The translations under genes were made by a program, and so were the position numbers. Under the pieces are notes generated by a model. That model did not search any database and was not told the DNA's origin. It was given only the letters and a program-made list of their open reading frames with translations. 50,923 nt of DNA from Bacteroidota bacterium. GTDB lineage: Bacteria > Bacteroidota > Bacteroidia > UKL13-3. The stretch covers positions 1 to 50,923 of the forward strand of contig JAZKGH010000189.1 of the NCBI GenBank assembly GCA_040386055.1. Direction: 5' to 3'. Positions 46,597-50,923 of this stretch are shown here, piece by piece (positions within the stretch are counted from its first letter, which is position 1; each line of letters starts with the position of its first letter).

Positions 46597-46758
46597 CTGC
46601 CTTCGGCCGTTTCGCTGTGCGAAGCTCAGGCAGCTTTCTTTGTGCTAGTAAAAAACTTGAACCATGATGACATTGTTTTTTTGTTCTAAACAAGTGCTCT
46701 TTAAATAACGAATGCAGGGTGCCTGAGCGTTTTGCGAAGCAAAACTGGCCGAAGGCAG
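46597..46758. repeat. ~160-bp palindromic intergenic element (MITE/REP-like), copy 2 of the TGCCTTCGG...GCTCWGGCACC family.
   Basis: The left arm is ctgccttcggcc-gtttcgctgtgcgaa-gctcaggcagc. The reverse complement of the right arm is ctgccttcggcca-gttttgcttcgcaaaac-gctcaggcacc. The termini match 12/12 and 9/9, and each arm carries its own small hairpin. Confidence 0.65.
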
Positions 46759-46802
46759 CCGGACCTGAAACAAAAATTGCACTAGTAAAATCTACTCCTG
46801 AT

Positions 46803-46814
46803 TTCTTATACTTG
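46803..46814 (+). promoter_or_regulatory. Copy 3 of the shared 12-mer TTCTTATACTTG.
   Basis: An exact 12-mer match, 18 nt upstream of the ATG at 46833. Confidence 0.45.
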
Positions 46815-46832
46815 TTATAAACATAACAGACT

Positions 46833-47438
46833 ATGAAATTCCAACTCGAACGTATCGCACTTTTTAGTGATGCTGTATTTGCAATTGCCATCACATTAAT
46901 GATGATTGAGATCAAGGCTCCGCACCTGGGACACCATGTTTCATTCGGAGAGGCATTCTTTACATTTATGGAATTGATGCCTGTTTTTCTGGGTACTATT
47001 TTGAGTTTTTATCTCATCGGTATGTTCTGGACCAAACACCACAAACTGATGAAATACCTTACAGGGTATACACCCAAACTCATTTGGTTAAACATCAGCT
47101 TTTTGTTGTGTATTGCCTTTATTCCGTTCTCTACGTCATTTGTGTTCGAAAATTTCCAATCTTTTTCTCCGTTGCCGTTGGTGGTGTATAATTTGAATTA
47201 TGTATTGGCTACGGTGCTTGAATATCGGTTATTCAGCTATGCCTTTAATCCTAAGAATGGCATTTGCACGGGAGAACCTATTCCCGAAAGCGATTACAAC
47301 AAAAAGGAAATGTTGTTTCCAATTGTGGTGTATACACTGGTATCTGTTTTGGCCTTTGTTAATCCAACATTTGCAGCTACGGGTTATGCAGCTTTTGCCT
47401 TTGAAAACTGGATAACCAAAAGCAGGAAGAAAAAATAA
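46833..47438 (+). CDS. TMEM175 family (DUF1211) potassium channel-like membrane protein.
   Basis: It reads RIALFSDAVFAIAITLMMIEIK, the RxxxFSD-x-x-x-AIAITLL signature of TM1. The 201-aa protein has six predicted transmembrane helices. Confidence 0.8.
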   Translation: MKFQLERIALFSDAVFAIAITLMMIEIKAPHLGHHVSFGEAFFTFMELMPVFLGTILSFYLIGMFWTKHHKLMKYLTGYTPKLIWLNISFLLCIAFIPFSTSFVFENFQSFSPLPLVVYNLNYVLATVLEYRLFSYAFNPKNGICTGEPIPESDYNKKEMLFPIVVYTLVSVLAFVNPTFAATGYAAFAFENWITKSRKKK

Positions 47439-47580
47439 CTGACCAAACGGTTGCAGCTTTTGCGTCAGCATAATAGAACCTCATGCTTTTTTAAATCAGA
47501 TATGAGTTCAAAAACAATCATTTGTAAAATAGGATGTGTTTGGAGTACTTTAGTAAAAAATTAACCAAATTCCTTTGCTC

Positions 47581-48801
47581 ATGAAAAAACTATTTACGCT
47601 CCTTCTTCTTGTGTTAGTTGCCTTCAGTATGCAAGCTCAACGGTATAGAGACAAGGTATTCACAACCGTAACGATGGATAGTGTGCTCTATGGAAATGCG
47701 ATCAACTGGGACAATTCTGCTCAGGAGTTGAAGATGAATATTTTCCAACCTGCCGGTGATACGGCATCAAAACGTCCATTGCTTGTATTGGCACATGGAG
47801 GGTCCTTTATCAATGGCAGCAGGTACAATGAAGATGTTGCTTATTTGTGCAGAGAGTTTGCCAAACGCGGGTATGTATGTGTATCCATCCAGTATCGTCT
47901 AGGTATTGACTTGGCGAAATTCTTTAACGAGGGTGGAACCCAATTTGCAAATGCTGTATGGCGCGGTACATTGGATGGCAGAGCTGCAGTCCGTTTTCTG
48001 AGAGCTCATGCTGATTCACTAAAAATAAGTACCGAACATATTTACCTCGGAGGTGTTTCGGCCGGAGGGGTGTTAGGATTGCACCAGGCATTTTTAGATA
48101 CGGAGAGTGAAGTAAATGCTTCTGATCCATTGATTGACATGACAGCTATCGGTGGTGGTATTGAAGGGCTATCGGGAACACCGGGTCAAAGTTGGAGAGT
48201 GAAAGGGATCATCAATTTATGTGGCGGAGTGGGCAATGTTAACTGGATGTTGAACAACAAGGATATTGCTATCTTTAACGTACACGGAACAAATGATCAA
48301 ACCGTTCCTTACAAAACAGCCTATTTTAAAGCGTTCGGTTTTGATGTTGCAAAACTGAGCGGAGGCTTTGTGATCGACTCAATGGCTAAAACGCTTGGCA
48401 TGAAATCATATCTGTATACTTTTGTGAATGCACCTCATGTTCCTTTTTCTCCGGGCATTGGTACTACACAAAGCAGCACTGCTTATATGGATACTACCGA
48501 AGGATTGCTCAGAGATTTTTTAACCGAGGACTTAGGCAGAAAAGTTGGATTACCCGATGTATTAAGCAATGCTGATGTAAGACTGTATCCAAATCCGGCA
48601 AAGGAACAACTCGTTGTACAGGTTGATAAAGGAACAAAAACGGTGATTGAGTTAATGAATCTTACAAGTCAATGCCTGCAACGTGTGGTAACGGAAAAAG
48701 CAATTAACAGATTGAATACAGAAGACCTGACAACGGGAATATACATTGTTACAATAAGCAACGAATACGGGAAAGCCACCCGAAAGGTATTGATTGAATA
48801 A
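47581..48801 (+). CDS. Secreted alpha/beta hydrolase (carboxylesterase-like) with a T9SS C-terminal sorting domain.
   Basis: It has the signal peptide MKKLFTLLLLVLVAFSMQAQ, then LVLAHGGSFINGS (HGG oxyanion motif), GGVSAGG (GxSxG) and VHGTNDQTVP. The C-terminal segment reads VRLYPNPAKEQLVVQV...GIYIVTI...KVLIE. Confidence 0.75.
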   Translation: MKKLFTLLLLVLVAFSMQAQRYRDKVFTTVTMDSVLYGNAINWDNSAQELKMNIFQPAGDTASKRPLLVLAHGGSFINGSRYNEDVAYLCREFAKRGYVCVSIQYRLGIDLAKFFNEGGTQFANAVWRGTLDGRAAVRFLRAHADSLKISTEHIYLGGVSAGGVLGLHQAFLDTESEVNASDPLIDMTAIGGGIEGLSGTPGQSWRVKGIINLCGGVGNVNWMLNNKDIAIFNVHGTNDQTVPYKTAYFKAFGFDVAKLSGGFVIDSMAKTLGMKSYLYTFVNAPHVPFSPGIGTTQSSTAYMDTTEGLLRDFLTEDLGRKVGLPDVLSNADVRLYPNPAKEQLVVQVDKGTKTVIELMNLTSQCLQRVVTEKAINRLNTEDLTTGIYIVTISNEYGKATRKVLIE

Positions 48802-48818
48802 GCTGACACGAACGAATA

Positions 48819-48883
48819 GTTTCCCGCAGATTTCGCAGATGACGCAGAAAAAATCCGCGCGATTTGCGAAATCTGCGGGAAAC
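48819..48883. repeat. Copy 1 of a REP-like hairpin repeat (18-bp perfect stem), which probably also acts as a terminator.
   Basis: The sequence gtttcccgcagatttcgc-(29 nt loop agatgacgcagaaaaaatccgcgcgattt)-gcgaaatctgcgggaaac begins 18 nt after the esterase stop. Confidence 0.7.
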
Positions 48884-49066
48884 CACATTCAGATTGACAG
48901 AATCCCGATAGTCATATCTTAAAAAAGCAGAAAGTGCTCTCTATCCGGGGAGCATTTTTAGTATGTATGCAGTCACTACTTCTTCATCGAAAAAAAACAA
49001 ACGTTGGTCTAAAACTCCGGTACTGCATCTCTAAGCAAACGAATATTGAGGCAAATATCAGAACAA

Positions 49067-50854
49067 ATGAAACATACCCTTTTCTTATGTATTGCAGCAC
49101 TAAGTATTATGCTGACTAATGCTCAAACTACTTACAAAATTCCGGAGAAAGCTCGCAAAATAATTGATAGTACTTATCAGGCATTGCTGAAAAAGAACAA
49201 AGCTGTTGGTGTAAGCATTGCTATTGTTGAGAATGGTGAAATTGTGTACGCCACGGGATATGGGTTTGCAGATATTGCCAATAAAGTGCCTGCTACCGAA
49301 CAAACCATTTACCGAATAGGTTCATGCACTAAATCTTTTACGGCACTTTCTATTATGCAATTGCAGGAAAAAGGATTGGTGGATGTAAAACAATCCGTGA
49401 AAACATATTTGCCGGAACTCACTATTCAGTCGAGATTTAACGACACGAATACGATAGTGATTGATGATATGCTCAGGCATGTTTCAGGATTACCTTGTGA
49501 TATTACAAACGGTTTTTATTGTGATTCCCCACCGGATATGAAATGGGTTATTCAACAGTTGAATCAGCAAACAACAATGTCGCCCAAACGCTATACCCGG
49601 GCTTATTCAAATGTAGCCTATGGTTTATTGGGAGAAGTCATTTCCCGCACTTCACATTCAACCTATGAGCAATATATCAACGAGCATATTTTTAAGCCGC
49701 TGAATATGCAATCAAGTTTTATAACATACGAAGAAAAATGGGCGGGCAAATATGCAAAGGGGTACAGAGGAGACAAGGAAACGAGAGACCCTATGATTAG
49801 AGATGTAGCAGCCGGATTGATTCACAGCAATGTTGTTGATATGTCACAATATTTGATGATGTATCTGAATAAAGGTAGCTACAATGGGGTTCAGCTGGCT
49901 TCCTCACAATCGATAGCAGATATGGAAAAAAGCACAAATGAAGACGTTGTACTCCCTGATGAAGAAAAATGGGGATACGGGCTTTACACTTCAGATGTCA
50001 TGCTTAAAAAAGGCAACGACAGCAGTACGATGCAATTAATTGGCCATGGCGGAGACACCTATATTTATCATGCAGATTTTAAAATAATCCCTGACAGAAA
50101 TATTGGAGCAGTTGTACTTACCAATAATGGTGGCGGTGCCCGAATGGTAAGTGCTTCCAAATTATTGAAGGTATACCTTCAGGAAACAAAGGGAGATACG
50201 CTCATTGTAAATCCGGAATCTGTTCGCAAGGCAAAAAAGAAAGCACCTGCAGATTCGATTTGTTCGGGACAAGCAGTAATAGGAAAATACAATTTGGGGA
50301 GTTTTGTCATTCCGGTAGCCAATGAACAACGTACTAGCTTTAAACAAGGCCCTGTTAAAGTTGTATTTAAACGCAATGCGGTTGATACTAACTGGTATGA
50401 TGCCAAAGCGGTTTTATTCAAAATCATTCCGATTCGTATCAAAGATCAGCGGTTTAAGTTTGTAACGAAAAGTGATAAAACATATATGAAAGTTATGTTC
50501 ACGAAAAGTAAAGCCGAAGAGTATATGGCCGTTCGTTCAACTCTTTCACCCATTTCCAATACATGGAAGAACAGAGAAGGAACATATAAAGTAATTGGCA
50601 ATGTTTATGGTTGTAAGGATTGCTCGTTTATGAATTTTGATGGATTGAAAATGATATTATCTGAAGAAGACGGTGTGTTAAAAATGAAGACAGAAGGAAA
50701 AAGTGATGATACAAAAAGTAGTTTGTACCTGGATATTGTTTCAGATAATATAGCTGTTGGAGGAGGAATTGGAAGGGGAACAGGAGAAACGGTAAGAATA
50801 TTGGAAAACGGCAATATTTATTACAGTGGTTTTGAATTCACCAGAATGAAATGA
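49067..50854 (+). CDS. Serine hydrolase of the beta-lactamase/transpeptidase-like family, with a C-terminal extension.
   Basis: It has the signal peptide MKHTLFLCIAALSIMLTNAQ, then IGSCTKSFTA (SxxK), YSNVAY (YxN) and GHGGDT (HxG). The ATG at 49067 is preferred over the TTG at 49046. Confidence 0.85.
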   Translation: MKHTLFLCIAALSIMLTNAQTTYKIPEKARKIIDSTYQALLKKNKAVGVSIAIVENGEIVYATGYGFADIANKVPATEQTIYRIGSCTKSFTALSIMQLQEKGLVDVKQSVKTYLPELTIQSRFNDTNTIVIDDMLRHVSGLPCDITNGFYCDSPPDMKWVIQQLNQQTTMSPKRYTRAYSNVAYGLLGEVISRTSHSTYEQYINEHIFKPLNMQSSFITYEEKWAGKYAKGYRGDKETRDPMIRDVAAGLIHSNVVDMSQYLMMYLNKGSYNGVQLASSQSIADMEKSTNEDVVLPDEEKWGYGLYTSDVMLKKGNDSSTMQLIGHGGDTYIYHADFKIIPDRNIGAVVLTNNGGGARMVSASKLLKVYLQETKGDTLIVNPESVRKAKKKAPADSICSGQAVIGKYNLGSFVIPVANEQRTSFKQGPVKVVFKRNAVDTNWYDAKAVLFKIIPIRIKDQRFKFVTKSDKTYMKVMFTKSKAEEYMAVRSTLSPISNTWKNREGTYKVIGNVYGCKDCSFMNFDGLKMILSEEDGVLKMKTEGKSDDTKSSLYLDIVSDNIAVGGGIGRGTGETVRILENGNIYYSGFEFTRMK

Positions 50855-50882
50855 TCATCATCATTGATAGATGTCAGTGTTG

Positions 50883-50920
50883 AGTTTCCCGCAGATCTCG
50901 CAGATGACGCAGAAAAAAAT
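50883..50920. repeat. Copy 2 of the REP-like hairpin repeat. Only the left arm is present because the window ends.
   Basis: The sequence gtttcccgcagatCtcgcagatgacgcagaaaaaaatc matches 48819-48855 with one substitution and one extra A. It begins 29 nt after the serine hydrolase stop. Confidence 0.65.
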
Positions 50921-50923
50921 CAG

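Noticed and set aside
46517-46915. 132-aa - strand ORF between cphA and the TMEM175 gene.
   Set aside because: Its sequence consists of the palindromic repeat element plus the antisense of the well-supported TMEM175 N-terminus. This is a typical repeat-derived false ORF.
48652-48888. 78-aa - strand ORF ending in ...ADFFCVICEICGKLF.
   Set aside because: It is generated by the REP-like hairpin repeat plus the antisense of the esterase T9SS tail, so it is a repeat artefact.
1-50923. Search for CRISPR arrays, tRNA/rRNA genes, transposases or integrases, prophage genes or known defence-system genes.
   Set aside because: No regularly spaced direct repeats were seen. No tRNA-like T-arm (GGTTCGAAT-type) occurs in any intergenic region; the one GGTTCGAAT at ~26245 is inside a CDS. 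There are no DDE or tyrosine-recombinase-like ORFs and no nuclease/ATPase defence-type pairs. The window reads as core chromosome plus one accessory-looking operon.

Overview
This is a 50.9 kb chromosomal window, roughly 40% GC by eye, and I infer it comes from a member of Bacteroidota. The evidence for that assignment is two C-terminal T9SS sorting domains, DUF5686/DUF4834-type proteins, a TTTG-N18-TATATTTG promoter upstream of rpsT, and no obvious Shine-Dalgarno sites. I call 46 protein-coding genes. I found no rRNA, tRNA, CRISPR array, transposase, or recognisable phage or defence genes.

Housekeeping genes include fabG (partial), pgk, aat, rpsT, an IscA/ErpA-type protein, hbd, xth, menD, menB, ftsH and a cyclophilin-type PPIase.

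The most interesting part is a tightly packed eight-gene operon on the + strand (26167-36457). In order it encodes:
- a polytopic LtaS/sulfatase-family enzyme with a C-terminal TPR region
- a TPR plus YaiO-like outer-membrane beta-barrel protein
- an RsbQ/D14/KAI2-type alpha/beta hydrolase whose stop overlaps the start of the next gene
- a cytoplasmic GAF/PAS hybrid histidine kinase
- a stand-alone Hpt protein
- a stand-alone CheY-like receiver
- a membrane-anchored HEAT-repeat protein
- a processive PgaC/BcsA-like GT2 synthase carrying a QRNRW motif

I read this as a candidate synthase-dependent exopolysaccharide secretion system. It appears to be controlled by a hydrolase-receptor-fed phosphorelay rather than by c-di-GMP.

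Immediately downstream is a dispersed cyanophycin locus (iaaA, cphB, cphA), interrupted by a TPR-LytS/LytTR two-component system and a T9SS esterase.

The window also contains two families of structured intergenic repeats, a repeat-rich operator-like region upstream of hbd, a 12-mer shared by three promoter regions, and a small unannotated membrane ORF coupled to a methyltransferase/LtaS-like pair. All functional calls come from reading motifs in the translations. No database search was run.
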